From positions 1 to 56,514 of the forward strand of contig JBDIWC010000026.1 of NCBI GenBank assembly GCA_039794085.1: DNA of 56,514 nucleotides. Direction: 5' to 3'. The notes below the pieces were generated by a model. That model searched no databases, was not told where the DNA came from, and was given only the letters and a program-made list of their open reading frames with translations. This document shows positions 19,071 through 29,800 of this stretch, in pieces. This DNA comes from Gemmatimonadales bacterium (GTDB lineage: Bacteria > Gemmatimonadota > Gemmatimonadetes > Gemmatimonadales > GWC2-71-9). Each line of letters starts with the position of its first letter. Positions within the stretch are counted from its first letter, which is position 1. The position numbers and the translations under genes are program-made.

Positions 19071-19751
19071 ATGCCAGTGGATGAACCAATTGCGCATTCC
19101 GGGGTGTGGGCTATCGCTGTCATCATGATCGTGATTGTATCCTGGGCGCTCTACCGCTACCTCGCTCCGAAAACATGGCGGGAGTGGGCCAGCGCTGGTC
19201 TGGTGCAGGCATTCATTATCGCGCTGTATGCCGAGATGTATGGCTTCCCGCTCACGATCTACCTGCTGGTGAGGTTCTTCGGGCTGGACCGGAGCTATCT
19301 CAATGCCAATCTCTGGTCCACATTGTTGGGCCTTGGCGAAACCGGCATGCTGATCTCCATGGTGCTCGGCTACGGGCTGCTGTTTGCGGGCATCGGGATC
19401 TTTCTTCGAGGTTGGCGGCAACTCTACCGTGCCCGCCAGGAACAGCGGCTCGCCCAGGATGGGATGTACCGCATGGTGCGGCACCCACAGTATACGGGGC
19501 TGTTCCTCGGGCTCCTCGGCGAGGGGGTGGTGCATTGGCCGACCATATTCTCGGTGGCTGTGCTTCCCTTCATCGTGCTGGCCTACGGCCTGCTCGCGCG
19601 TCGGGAAGAGGAACGAATGGTCGAACTGTTTGGGGACGAATACCGGGCGTATCAGCGGCAGGTACCAATGTTCATACCACGCATGACGCAATGGCGGCAG
19701 TTTCTGACCCGCCCGAATGAGGAAGCGCGGGCCCGACCATCGGAACGCTGA
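19071..19751 (+). CDS. Isoprenylcysteine carboxylmethyltransferase / PEMT family membrane protein
   Basis: ALYAEMYGFPLTIYLL; GMYRMVRHPQYTG; EE...FGDEYRAYQRQVPMFIP. Confidence 0.9.
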   Translation: MPVDEPIAHSGVWAIAVIMIVIVSWALYRYLAPKTWREWASAGLVQAFIIALYAEMYGFPLTIYLLVRFFGLDRSYLNANLWSTLLGLGETGMLISMVLGYGLLFAGIGIFLRGWRQLYRARQEQRLAQDGMYRMVRHPQYTGLFLGLLGEGVVHWPTIFSVAVLPFIVLAYGLLARREEERMVELFGDEYRAYQRQVPMFIPRMTQWRQFLTRPNEEARARPSER

Positions 19752-19855
19752 TCGGCGACCCAACCTCCTGAGGGATTGGCAGCCCACCCGTGGACGGCAG
19801 GCTGTTGAGCCCGAGGAACCATGCGGTCGGGGCGAAATCTTCTGGAGGTGCCTGA

Positions 19856-20548
19856 GTGCTCGAAAGCTCGTCCGGTTCCAGTTTGGAAGCGCGCATTCTG
19901 CGTGAAGTCGGCTTGGCGCTCCATGGCCTGACGTCCCCCCGGCCCATGGTGGCGGTTTTTGGTTCCGCACGCATTTCGCCCTTCGGTGAGCCTTACATCG
20001 TGGCCCGCAAGCTGGCCGCGAGTCTGGGACAGGCCGGATTCGGAATCATCACCGGCGGCGGCCCGGGAATCATGGAAGCGGCCAACCGCGGGGCTCGCGA
20101 ATCCGGGGCTCCCTCGCTGGGCGCTTCGATCACTCTTCCGCATGAGCAGGGCAGCAACCCCTACCTGGAGCGCGACATCCGGTTCGAGTTCTTCTTCACA
20201 CGAAAGCTCGCGCTCCTGAGGTCGTCATGCGGGTTTCTCTGTTTCCCCGGCGGTTTCGGTACTGCGGACGAGTTGTTCGAGGCCGCAACGTTGATCCAGA
20301 CCGACAAACTTCCCCACTTTCCTGTGGTACTCTTCGGGTCGTCATACTGGCGCGGGCTCCTCGACTGGATGACGACCAGGATGGTGGAGACCGGTGCCAT
20401 AAGGGCCCGGGAGAGTGGCTTGCTTCTGGTCACGGACGATCCGGTGGTCGTGGTCGAGAAATTTCGAGCGTGTCACCAGACCCTCTGCGCCACTCTTGGG
20501 CCCGGGCCACACTACCCCGCGGCCGACCCGGTGGGCCGCCTGGGCTGA
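19856..20548 (+). CDS. LOG family Rossmann-fold protein (TIGR00730-like); start uncertain
   Basis: VFGSAR, TGGGPGIMEAANRGA, PGGFGTADE. Confidence 0.85.
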   Translation: MLESSSGSSLEARILREVGLALHGLTSPRPMVAVFGSARISPFGEPYIVARKLAASLGQAGFGIITGGGPGIMEAANRGARESGAPSLGASITLPHEQGSNPYLERDIRFEFFFTRKLALLRSSCGFLCFPGGFGTADELFEAATLIQTDKLPHFPVVLFGSSYWRGLLDWMTTRMVETGAIRARESGLLLVTDDPVVVVEKFRACHQTLCATLGPGPHYPAADPVGRLG

Positions 20549-20589
20549 CGTCATCAAGCCGAGCTGAGGCGCCCGGACGAAGGTGCGCA

Positions 20590-20774
20590 GGGAGCCGCCC
20601 TTGTCCAACCGGGTGATTTGCCCCAGGGACCGCGCCAAACGGCCGCGGAATTCCTACCGGTTGGTTCTGGATACGGATGTAAGGCGCTGGCAACACATCA
20701 GTTACCTCCGGGCGCTGGACTGGACTGTTCCCTGCGTTTCAGGGAATCACGAGGAAAGGTGTCGGTAAGCGTGG
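20590..20774 (+). repeat. Duplicated promoter block, copy A (box GGGTGATTTGCCCC at 20611; sigma-54 GGactgttccctGC at 20722-20735)
   Basis: 20621-20738 is identical to 23904-24021. Confidence 0.9.
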
Positions 20775-21011
20775 ACGTGGGGATGCAGAGCCCGGAAGGG
20801 TGGCTGCAATCTGACGCGACCAGAGAGGACCAGAAGGAGCGCCGGGCCACACTGCCGCCGGAGGTCGCGATCCTGCTGGGCGAGCCGGAGGCGCTCAGCC
20901 ACGACGAACTGCCCACTGTCCGGGAGGTCGCCTGATTTGCACCGTCGGCCTGGTCCGGTCCAATTCGAGGCCGCCGGAAGGAGCCCAAACACAGTGACAA
21001 CCGACAGATCC

Positions 21012-22784
21012 ATGAGCCGGCGGAGCTTCCTCCGCTACGCGGCGTTGCTCCCCATGACGCCCGGCCTCGAACGCCTCCTGCCGGGATATGCACGTCCGGC
21101 CGGGGAGGTGCCCCGTGCGCAGCCTCGCCTGCCCGGCGACGGCATGATCGATCTGCGGATCGCCGAGACCCCGTTTACCATCGGCAGCCGGCATGGGGTG
21201 GCCACCGCGCTCAACGGGACCGTGCCCGGGCCCCTTCTGCGTCTGCGCGAGGGCGAGGACGTGGTACTGCGAGTCACCAACGGGCTCCGGGAGGACACTT
21301 CCATTCATTGGCACGGTCTGCTCGTCCCATTCGAAATGGACGGGGTACCCGGGGTCAGCTTTCCCGGCATCAAGCCCGGCGAGACCTTCACCTACCGATT
21401 CCGGACCCGGCAGAGCGGCACCTATTGGTATCACAGCCACAGCGGCCTCCAGGAGCAGACCGGTGTATACGGCCCGATCATCATCGATCCCCGGGAGCCG
21501 GACCCGTACCGCTACGACCGCGAGTACGTCGTGATGCTGGGGGACTGGACCTTTGAGAACCCTCATCGGGTCCTGGACAAGCTCCGCAAGGAGGCGGGCT
21601 ATTTCAACTTCGCGCGCAATACGCTGCTCGGCGGTGACCCCGCCCGGCAGGAACCGATGTCGTATTCGGAACGCCGGGCCTGGGCCCGCATGCGCATGGA
21701 TCCGACCGACATCGCGGACGTGACCGGCTACACCTATACCTATCTCGTGAACGGGCTGTCACCCCACGACAATTGGACCGGGCTGTTCCGACCGGGCGAG
21801 CGGGTCCGGTTGCGCTTCATCAATGCCGGCGCTGGAACCTACTTCGACGTGCGCATCCCGGGCCTCGAGCTGACCGTGGTCCAGGCGGATGGCCAGGACA
21901 TCCAGCCCGTCACCGTGGACGAGTTTCGGATCGCCATCGCGGAGACCTACGACGTGATCGTCCACCCCGCGGAAGACCGGGCCTACACCATCTTCGCGGA
22001 GGCGATGGACCGGAGCGGCTACGCCCGGGGAACGCTGGCCCCCCGCCAGGGAATGAAGGCGGCGATTCCGCTCGGGCGGCCGCGCCCCGTCCGCACCATG
22101 GCCGACATGGGGATGGCCCACGATATGGCCGGGATGAAGGGCCCCGGCGCGGCGACGACGGAAGGCCACGAAGGCCACGTCATGCCGGGTATGGGACCGG
22201 ACACCAAGCTGGCGCCGCCCGGCACCATTCCGGCTCCCCTCCCGCACGGGCCGGACCAGCACGGCCGCGGCAACTCGATGGTCCCGATGCAGACGAGCAG
22301 CCGGCTTGGGGAGCCTGGGGTCGGCCTCGGCAAGGATGGCCGGCGCGTGCTCCTCTATTCCGACCTCAAGGGTCTCGCGCCCACCTACGACCGGAGGGCC
22401 CCCGGCCGGGAGATCGAGCTGCACCTGACCGGCAACATGGAGCGATATCTCTGGTCATTCGACGGGAAGGCGTTCTCTCAGGCGCGGGAGCCGATCCCCT
22501 TCGAGTTCGGCGAGCGCGTGCGGCTCACCTTCGTCAACGACACGATGATGGAGCACCCCATCCACCTGCACGGCATGTGGATGGAGCTGGAGAACGGAAA
22601 CGGGGAATACCTCCCGAAGAAACACACCGTCAACGTGAAGCCCGCCGAGCGACTGTCCGTGTTGGTGACCGCGGACGCCCTGGGCAGATGGGCAATGCAC
22701 TGCCACATCCTCTATCACATGGATATGGGCATGTTCCGAACTGTCGAAGTGACGGGGCCAGTGCAGGAGGTGGTGGGGCGATGA
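21012..22784 (+). CDS. pcoA: Copper-resistance multicopper oxidase (CopA/PcoA type), Tat-exported
   Basis: SRRSFL Tat motif; HWHG, WYHSH, HPIHLHG, HCHILYHM; Met/His-rich insert. Confidence 0.97.
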   Translation: MSRRSFLRYAALLPMTPGLERLLPGYARPAGEVPRAQPRLPGDGMIDLRIAETPFTIGSRHGVATALNGTVPGPLLRLREGEDVVLRVTNGLREDTSIHWHGLLVPFEMDGVPGVSFPGIKPGETFTYRFRTRQSGTYWYHSHSGLQEQTGVYGPIIIDPREPDPYRYDREYVVMLGDWTFENPHRVLDKLRKEAGYFNFARNTLLGGDPARQEPMSYSERRAWARMRMDPTDIADVTGYTYTYLVNGLSPHDNWTGLFRPGERVRLRFINAGAGTYFDVRIPGLELTVVQADGQDIQPVTVDEFRIAIAETYDVIVHPAEDRAYTIFAEAMDRSGYARGTLAPRQGMKAAIPLGRPRPVRTMADMGMAHDMAGMKGPGAATTEGHEGHVMPGMGPDTKLAPPGTIPAPLPHGPDQHGRGNSMVPMQTSSRLGEPGVGLGKDGRRVLLYSDLKGLAPTYDRRAPGREIELHLTGNMERYLWSFDGKAFSQAREPIPFEFGERVRLTFVNDTMMEHPIHLHGMWMELENGNGEYLPKKHTVNVKPAERLSVLVTADALGRWAMHCHILYHMDMGMFRTVEVTGPVQEVVGR

Positions 22785-23524
22785 CTCGGCAACGCGCGGT
22801 ACGCGCGGCCTGGAGCGGGGCCGGAGTCGCGGCGGTGCTGCTGGGCCTCGCGAGCCCGGCCTCCGCGCAGTTCATCGATAAGCGGATCACGGTATTCACC
22901 CGGGCCGACCAGCTCGAGTACAATCGGACCGGCTCCGGGCGGCCGGTCCAATGGGACGCATCCGGATGGATCGGCAACAGCTACACCCGCCTCTGGATCA
23001 AGAGTGAAGGCGATTGGAATACGGTCGGCCGCGCCGCGCAGTTCGACCTGCGAGCCGAGTACAGCCGCCTCATCACCCCCTTCTGGGACATTCAGGCAGG
23101 TGTGCGCCTCGAGGCGCGCCGCAGCGACACCGGTACCGACACCCGGGGCCACCTCACCTTCGGGTTCCTGGGCCTCGCGCCCTACTGGTTCGAGCTCGAA
23201 CCCGAACTGTTCATCGCGCAGGACGGACAAGTGGCGGTTCGCCTGACAGCCGAGTACGATCTCCTCCTCACCCAGCGGCTGATTGCCCAACCGCGGTTCG
23301 AGACGTACGCTGCCTTCTCGGAGAACCAGACCTTCGGCGTCGGGTCCGGCCTCAATTATGTCGAACCGGGGTTGCGCCTCCGCTATGAAATTCGGCGGGA
23401 GTTTGCCCCGTACATCGGACTCGACTGGCAGCGCCGGTTGGGGGGCACGGCGCGTCTCGCCCGCGCTGACGGCGAAGACTCCGGCGATCTCGCCCTCATC
23501 GCCGGCGTGCGCGTCTGGCACTGA
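22781..23524 (+). CDS. copB: Copper resistance protein B (outer membrane)
   Basis: RLWIKSEG, GLAPYWFE, EYDLLLTQRLI, GLRLRYEIRREFAPYIG. Confidence 0.95.
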   Translation: MTRQRAVRAAWSGAGVAAVLLGLASPASAQFIDKRITVFTRADQLEYNRTGSGRPVQWDASGWIGNSYTRLWIKSEGDWNTVGRAAQFDLRAEYSRLITPFWDIQAGVRLEARRSDTGTDTRGHLTFGFLGLAPYWFELEPELFIAQDGQVAVRLTAEYDLLLTQRLIAQPRFETYAAFSENQTFGVGSGLNYVEPGLRLRYEIRREFAPYIGLDWQRRLGGTARLARADGEDSGDLALIAGVRVWH

Positions 23525-23551
23525 CTCGGCGCGATAGCAGGAGTCTCCGGC

Positions 23552-23840
23552 ATGACTACGACCCAATCAGACTTCACGCCGATCATCGATCTGGTCGCGA
23601 AGCCGGGCGCCGGACCGGTGCGCACACGACGTCCGGTCTACGTCGATCTCCTGCCGCCTTGAACCCATGCCTGCCCGGCTGGGGAGAACATCCAGGCGTG
23701 GCTGGCCCATGCCCAAGCCGGTTGCTACCACCAAGCGTGGCTGACGCTGGTCAGGGACAACCCGTTGCCGGCCGTGCACGGACGGGTCTGTTATCACCCG
23801 TGCGAAGCCGGCTGCAACCGGCAAGAGCTCGACACCGAAC
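23552..23840 (+). pseudogene. 5' fragment of a GltD/SudA-like Fe-S NAD(P) oxidoreductase, frameshifted and truncated
   Basis: RPVYVDLLPP [frame break] CPAGENIQAWL...NPLPAVHGRVCYHPCEAGCNR; ends at the promoter duplicate. Confidence 0.8.
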
Positions 23841-23872
23841 CGAGCCGCGGGGCGCCCAGACGAGGGCCCGCC

Positions 23873-24058
23873 GGGAGCCGGACGTGTCCGACCGGGTCAT
23901 TTCCCCCAGGGACCGCGCCAAACGGCCGCGGAATTCCTACCGGTTGGTTCTGGATACGGATGTAAGGCGCTGGCAACACATCAGTTACCTCCGGGCGCTG
24001 GACTGGACTGTTCCCTGCGTTCCAAAGAATCGCGAGGAAAAGGTGTCGGTAAGCGTGG
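23873..24058 (+). repeat. Duplicated promoter block, copy B (box GGGTCATTTCCCCC at 23894; sigma-54 at 24005-24018)
   Basis: Direct repeat of 20590-20774. Confidence 0.9.
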
Positions 24059-24111
24059 CGGGTGCAGGGTGGGCGGGGCGACCGTGGTGAGACCCGATCA
24101 GGGAGGACCAG

Positions 24112-24288
24112 ATGAACGTTCGGGATGAAGTATGCGGGATGGAAATTCAAGCCGAAAAAGCGGCTGCCTCCCTCAGGTTTGAGGGCAAGATCTATTATTT
24201 CTGCGCCGATCGGTGCAGGAGACGGTTTCAGGAGCATCCGCACTGGTATGTGCCGATCGAGGAGACGCCCAGCGATCCGCCTGCATGA
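24112..24288 (+). CDS. YHS/TRASH domain protein (58 aa, absent from the ORF track)
   Basis: Manual translation MNVRDEVCGMEIQAEKAAASLRFEGKIYYFCADRCRRRFQEHPHWYVP...; RBS GGAGG. Confidence 0.85.
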   Translation: MNVRDEVCGMEIQAEKAAASLRFEGKIYYFCADRCRRRFQEHPHWYVPIEETPSDPPA

Positions 24289-24346
24289 TCGGGAGATGCT
24301 CCGTCATGCACCATCTGATATCAACGAACACTCCCACAGAGGGAAG

Positions 24347-25606
24347 ATGATCCTTCCGCGTGCCCTTCTTGGATTATTTCTGGCCACCGGATGGCCGATA
24401 CCGGCCAGCGCCCAGTCGCCAGCCGACACACTGCGCCTCGTCGAGGCCGTCGCGATGTCCAGGTCCGCCAATCCTCGCCTGATCGCCGCGCGACTCCAGG
24501 CCGACGCCGCCTCGGAACGGATCGCGCCGGCCGGTGCCCTGCCTGATCCACGGCTCACGCTCGGATTCCGGAACCGTCCCCTGGGCTCCTTTGGATCCGA
24601 CGAGCGGATGACGATGAATGAAGTTCAGGTGAGTCAGGTGCTCCCATGGCCGGGAAAGCTCCGGTTCGCGCAGGAGCGCGCTCGCCTTCTCGCCTCCGCC
24701 GAGACCTTTTCCGCCACCGAGGCCGAGGTCACGGTGGTGAGCCGAGTTGAACAGGTCTACTACGAGTTGGGCGCCATCGATCGCGCCATCGCGATCATGG
24801 AACGGACCCGGGATCTTCTGCGGGATTTCTTCCAAGTCTCCCAGGCGCGGTACGCCGTCGGTGAGGGTCTCCAGCAGGATGTGTTGCAGGCCCAGGTGGC
24901 GGTAGCCAGGATGACGGAGGATATCACCGTCATGGTGCAGCGCCGAGTGTCCACCGTGGCTCGGCTCAACGCATTGCTGGGACGGGATGCGGGGACTCCC
25001 ATTGTCGGGGTGGACCTTCCGCCGGTGGGTGGGGCAATCGCCTCCGCCGACTCGCTCCTGGCCATCGCCACGGAACACCGGCCGGCCCTCCAAGCAGCGC
25101 GTGAACGAACCCGGGCCGCGACGGCGGGCTATCAGGCGGCACGCCGGGAGCTGTACCCAGACCTCATGGTCACGTTCGCCTATGGGCAGCGCCCGCAATT
25201 CGTGGATTTTGGAACGCTGATGGTCGGGTTCAGCCTTCCGCTCTGGGCCGGGTCCCGGCAACTCCCGCTCCGCCGGGAGATGGAGGCGATGCGGGTTTCG
25301 GAGGGAGCGCTGGCCGAGGACCTCTACAACGAGACCTTCGCGGAGTTGACCGAAGCCCGAGCCGAAGCGGAACGCGCCCGCGAACTGCATACCCTCTACG
25401 CCACCGCGATCCTGCCGCAAGCCATCGCCTCCGTGGAATCGGCTCTGTCGGCCTACCGGGTCGGCCGACTCGACTACATGTCCCTGGTGGAGAACGAAAT
25501 GACCGTGAACCGCTATGAAATCGAGCTGGTCCGGATCGCCGCCCAATACCACCAGGCCGTGTCCCGGATCGACGCCTTGCTGGGCCTCGCGGGAGGTGAC
25601 CGATGA
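24347..25606 (+). CDS. cusC: TolC-family outer-membrane efflux protein (CusC-like)
   Basis: Signal peptide; AGALPDP, QVLPWPGK, QQDVLQAQ; lies upstream of the MFP and RND genes. Confidence 0.9.
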   Translation: MILPRALLGLFLATGWPIPASAQSPADTLRLVEAVAMSRSANPRLIAARLQADAASERIAPAGALPDPRLTLGFRNRPLGSFGSDERMTMNEVQVSQVLPWPGKLRFAQERARLLASAETFSATEAEVTVVSRVEQVYYELGAIDRAIAIMERTRDLLRDFFQVSQARYAVGEGLQQDVLQAQVAVARMTEDITVMVQRRVSTVARLNALLGRDAGTPIVGVDLPPVGGAIASADSLLAIATEHRPALQAARERTRAATAGYQAARRELYPDLMVTFAYGQRPQFVDFGTLMVGFSLPLWAGSRQLPLRREMEAMRVSEGALAEDLYNETFAELTEARAEAERARELHTLYATAILPQAIASVESALSAYRVGRLDYMSLVENEMTVNRYEIELVRIAAQYHQAVSRIDALLGLAGGDR

Positions 25607-26847
25607 CGCGCATGACTGCGACTGGGTTGGCGACCGTGCTGCTCCTGCTCGGCGCCTGCTCGAAGGACGCTCCTGCACCCGCCGCGGGCGAGATGACGCC
25701 GGAGGAGCATGCCCGGATGCTGGGGGGCGGAGCCCAGGGCGCGATGGACACCACCGGCCAGGCCCTGCGCCAGGCAGTGCACTTGACGGCGGAGCAGGAA
25801 CGTGCGCTGGGGGTCGTGTATACCCAGGTAACCCGCGAGACCCTCGGCAAGACCGTCCGCACCGTGGGTACCATCCAGGCACCGGAGCCCAACATCGCCG
25901 ATGTCACCCCCAAGATCGAGGGCTTCGTGGAGAAGCTCCTGGTCAACACGACCGGTGAGACCGTGCGCCGAGGGCAACCGTTACTGGCCCTGTACAGTCC
26001 GATCCTGGTGGCAGCGCAGGAGGAATTTCTTACCGCCCAACGCCTGGTGTCGCGCCTCGACTCGTCGGCGGGTGAAGCGTGGCAGAGCGCCCAGAGCACG
26101 TTGGAGGCGGGGCGTCGCCGGCTGTCGTACTGGGACATCACCTCCGAGCAGATCGCGACCCTGGAGCAGTCGGGGCAGGTGACCAAGACCCTCACCCTGG
26201 TGTCCCCGGTGAATGGGATCGTGTTGGAGAAGGACGTACTGGAGGGGCAGCGGGTGATGCCGGGACAGCGTCTCTACCGGATCGCGGATCTCTCGGAGGT
26301 CTGGGTGGAGGGAGAGGTGTTTGAGCAGGACCTCCCGCTGGTGAAGGAAGGCATGCAGGTGCACATCGAGATCGCCGCCCGCCCGGGGGAACACCTGATG
26401 GGACGGGTCAGCTTCATCTATCCCACGGTCGACGCCGTGAGCCGGACGAACCGGGTCCGGTTGACGGTGCCCAACCCGGGGCTTCTGCTGAAACCGGGGA
26501 TGTTCGCCACCGTGTTCTTCGACGCCATCATCGGGCGCGACGTGATCGCGGTTCCCCGTGCGGCGGTGGTGGTGACCGGCCAGCGCAACCTGGTGTTCGT
26601 GCGCGACGCCGAGGGCATGCTGCAACCCCGGGAGGTTGTCCTGGGGGCGCGCTCCGCGGATAGAGTGGTGGTTCTGAGTGGGCTGGCAGAGGGCGAGACC
26701 ATCGTCGCGTCGGCCAACTTCCTCGTGGACGCGGAGTCGCGACTGTCCTCCTCGGGTGGGGGAATGCCGGGGATGCAGCATGGAGCCAAGGAGCCTCCCT
26801 CGGAAACGCCAGCACCTCCGATGCCGGAGCACCTCCATGATCAATAG
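25603..26847 (+). CDS. cusB: RND efflux periplasmic adaptor (CusB-like)
   Basis: GFVEKL..GETVRRGQPL..YSP; IADLSEVWV; LKPGMF; ANFLVDAES. Confidence 0.95.
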   Translation: MTRMTATGLATVLLLLGACSKDAPAPAAGEMTPEEHARMLGGGAQGAMDTTGQALRQAVHLTAEQERALGVVYTQVTRETLGKTVRTVGTIQAPEPNIADVTPKIEGFVEKLLVNTTGETVRRGQPLLALYSPILVAAQEEFLTAQRLVSRLDSSAGEAWQSAQSTLEAGRRRLSYWDITSEQIATLEQSGQVTKTLTLVSPVNGIVLEKDVLEGQRVMPGQRLYRIADLSEVWVEGEVFEQDLPLVKEGMQVHIEIAARPGEHLMGRVSFIYPTVDAVSRTNRVRLTVPNPGLLLKPGMFATVFFDAIIGRDVIAVPRAAVVVTGQRNLVFVRDAEGMLQPREVVLGARSADRVVVLSGLAEGETIVASANFLVDAESRLSSSGGGMPGMQHGAKEPPSETPAPPMPEHLHDQ

Positions 26848-29800
26848 AGTCATCGCCTGGTCGCTCCAGAACCGTATTCTGGTACTGCTCGGCACCGTCG
26901 GCATCATCGGTGCCGGGATATGGGCGATCAGCACCACCCCGCTCGACGCCATTCCAGATCTCTCGGACGTTCAGGTCATCGTCCAGACCGATTTCTCGGA
27001 ACAGGCACCCCAGATCGTCGAGGACCAGATCACCTATCCGATCGCCTCCGAGATGCTGAAGGTGCCGGGTGCGCGGGTCGTGCGCGGGTACTCATTCTTC
27101 GGGCTCAGTCTCGTCTACGTGATTTTCGAGGATGGGACCGACATCTACTGGGCCCGTTCCCGGGTGTTGGAATACCTGAATGGGCTTCAGCGTCAGCTTC
27201 CGACTGGTGTCGAGCCCTCTCTGGGGCCCGATGCCACCGGGGTGGGCTGGGTCTTCGAATACACCCTGGAGTCTGACAGCCTCGACCTGGCACAGCTCCG
27301 GAGCCTTCAGGACTGGAACATTCGCTTCCAGTTGACCGCCGTTCCCGGCGTGTCGGAGGTGGCCAGTCTCGGCGGGTTCGTGAAGCAGTATCAGGTCGAG
27401 GTCGACCCCGAGCGGCTCCGGGCGTTCAACATTCCGGTGACCCGGGTGACGATGGCCATCGGGGACCACAACGCGGACATCGGCGCCCGGGTGCTCGAGA
27501 TGGGGGGCCGCGAATACATGATCCGGGGTCTGGGGTATCTCGACGGCGTCGGCGACATCGAGAACGTGTCCGTCGGCGTCACGGACAACGGAACCCCGAT
27601 TCGAGTGGCCGACGTGGCCACGGTACAGGTCGGCCCTGCTCCCCGGCGCGGCGCCGCCGACCTCGACGGCAAGGGAGAGGTGGTGGCGGGAATCGTGGTC
27701 ATGCGATTCGGCTCTGATGCGCTCAAGACGATCGAGGCGGTCAAGGCGCGATTGGAGGAGATCCAGAAGACACTCCCGCCCGGAGTCCGGCTTCGCGTCG
27801 CGTATGACCGGAGTGACCTGATCCACCGGGCCATCGACACCCTGCGGGACAAGCTGCTGGAGGAATCGCTGATCGTCGCGGCGGTCACGGTCCTGTTCCT
27901 GCTGCATTTTCGGTCGGCGCTCGTGGCCATCCTGCTCATTCCGGTCGGCATATTGATGTCGTTCATCGTCATGCGGTTGATCGGAGTGTCCGCCAATATC
28001 ATGAGCCTCGGCGGCATTGCCATCGCCATCGGTGCCATGATCGACGGGGCGATCGTGATGGTCGAGAACATGCACAAACATCTCGACCGGTCCGAGCCCG
28101 GCACGTCACGCTGGGCCATCGTCCTGGAGAGCGCCAAGCAGGTCGGGCCGCCCCTCTTCTACTCGCTGCTGATCATCACATTCAGTTTCCTGCCGGTGTT
28201 CTCGATGGAGGCGCAGGAGGGGCGACTCTTCAAACCCCTGGCCTTCACCAAGACGTTCGCCATGGCAGCGTCGGCATTCCTCTCCATCACCCTGGTGCCG
28301 GTGCTGATGGGGTACTTCATCCGCGGCCGGATCATGCCGGAGCACCGGAATCCTCTCAACCGATTGTTGCAGCGCGCCTACCGACCGGTCATCGACTTCA
28401 CGTTGCGGCGGCCCTGGCTCGTCATCGCCATCAGCGCGGTCATCCTGGGAGTCACCCTCCTGCCCTGGCGACGGCTCGGCAGCGAATTCATGCCCACGCT
28501 GCACGAGGGTTCGGTGCTCTTCATGCCCACCACCGTCCCCGGGGTGTCGATCGCACAGTCAATCCAGATCATGCGCCACCAGGACAGCATTCTCGCAACC
28601 TTCCCGGAGGTCCAGCGGGTTCTGGGCAAGGCCGGGAGGGCGGGAACCGCCACCGACCCCGCCCCACTGGACATGTACGAAACGACGATCACGCTCCGGC
28701 CCGAGGAAGAATGGCGGTCTGGAATCACCTACGATGGTCTGATCGCGGAAATGGACAGCGCGGTCCAGCTGCCCGGTGTGACCAACGCCTGGACCATGCC
28801 CATCAAGGGCCGCATCGACATGCTGGCCACCGGCATCCGCACGGCGGTGGGAATCAAGATCTTCGGCCCCGACCTCGACACGCTCCAGACGCTGGGGATG
28901 CGGGTAGAAGAGATCATGCAAGAGGTTCCCGGAACCCGGAGCGCCTTCGCCGAGCGCGGCGTGTCCGGGTACTACGTGGATCTGGACATCAACCGTGCGG
29001 AGGCGGCGCGCTATGGGCTCAACGTTGGCGAGATTCATGCCGCGATCATGGCCACCGTCGGGGGAATGAACGCCGCCACCACAGTGGAAGGACGGGAGCG
29101 CTACACTGTCAATGTGCGGTACCCCCGGGAGCTCCGGGATGACGTCCAGAAACTCCGGGAGGTCATCCTCCCCACGATGAGCGGAGCCCAGATCCCTCTT
29201 GGGCAAGTTGCGACCGTGACGGTCCTTCAGGGTCCGATGGCGGTGAAGACCGAGGACGCGTTCCCCGTCACCACCATTTTCGTCGACATCAACACGTCGG
29301 ACGTCGGAGGTTATGTGCGTACCGCGCAGCGGGCTGTCGCCGCGCAACTCTCGCTGCCGCCGGGATACACCCTCCTCTGGAGCGGCCAGTTCGAGGCGAT
29401 GCAGCGCGTGGGCCAGAAACTGCGCATCGTGGTGCCCGTGACCCTGGGCATCATCTTCCTCCTGCTCTATCTCAACTTCCGGGGGGTCACGGAGTCACTG
29501 ATCGTCATGCTCTCCGTCCCGTTCGCCTTGGTAGGCGGCGTGTGGTATCTGTGGCTCGCCGGGTACAACACCAGCGTGGCCGTGTGGGTCGGGTTCATCG
29601 CCTTGGCGGGAGTGGCGGCGGAAACCGGCGTGGTGATGCTCATCTACCTGGACGAGGCCTTTCACCGCCGGGGCCTCGAGGGACAGATGAGGGGACCGTT
29701 GGATGTGGCCGCGGCGGTGCGAGAAGGTGCGGTGGACCGGCTGCGGCCCAAGATCATGACCGTGGTGGCCATCACCGCGGGTCTGGCGCCGATCCTCTGG

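Noticed and set aside
20783..20935. 50-aa ORF in the pcoA leader
   Set aside because: No recognisable motif or clear RBS; it cannot be supported, though it is not excluded
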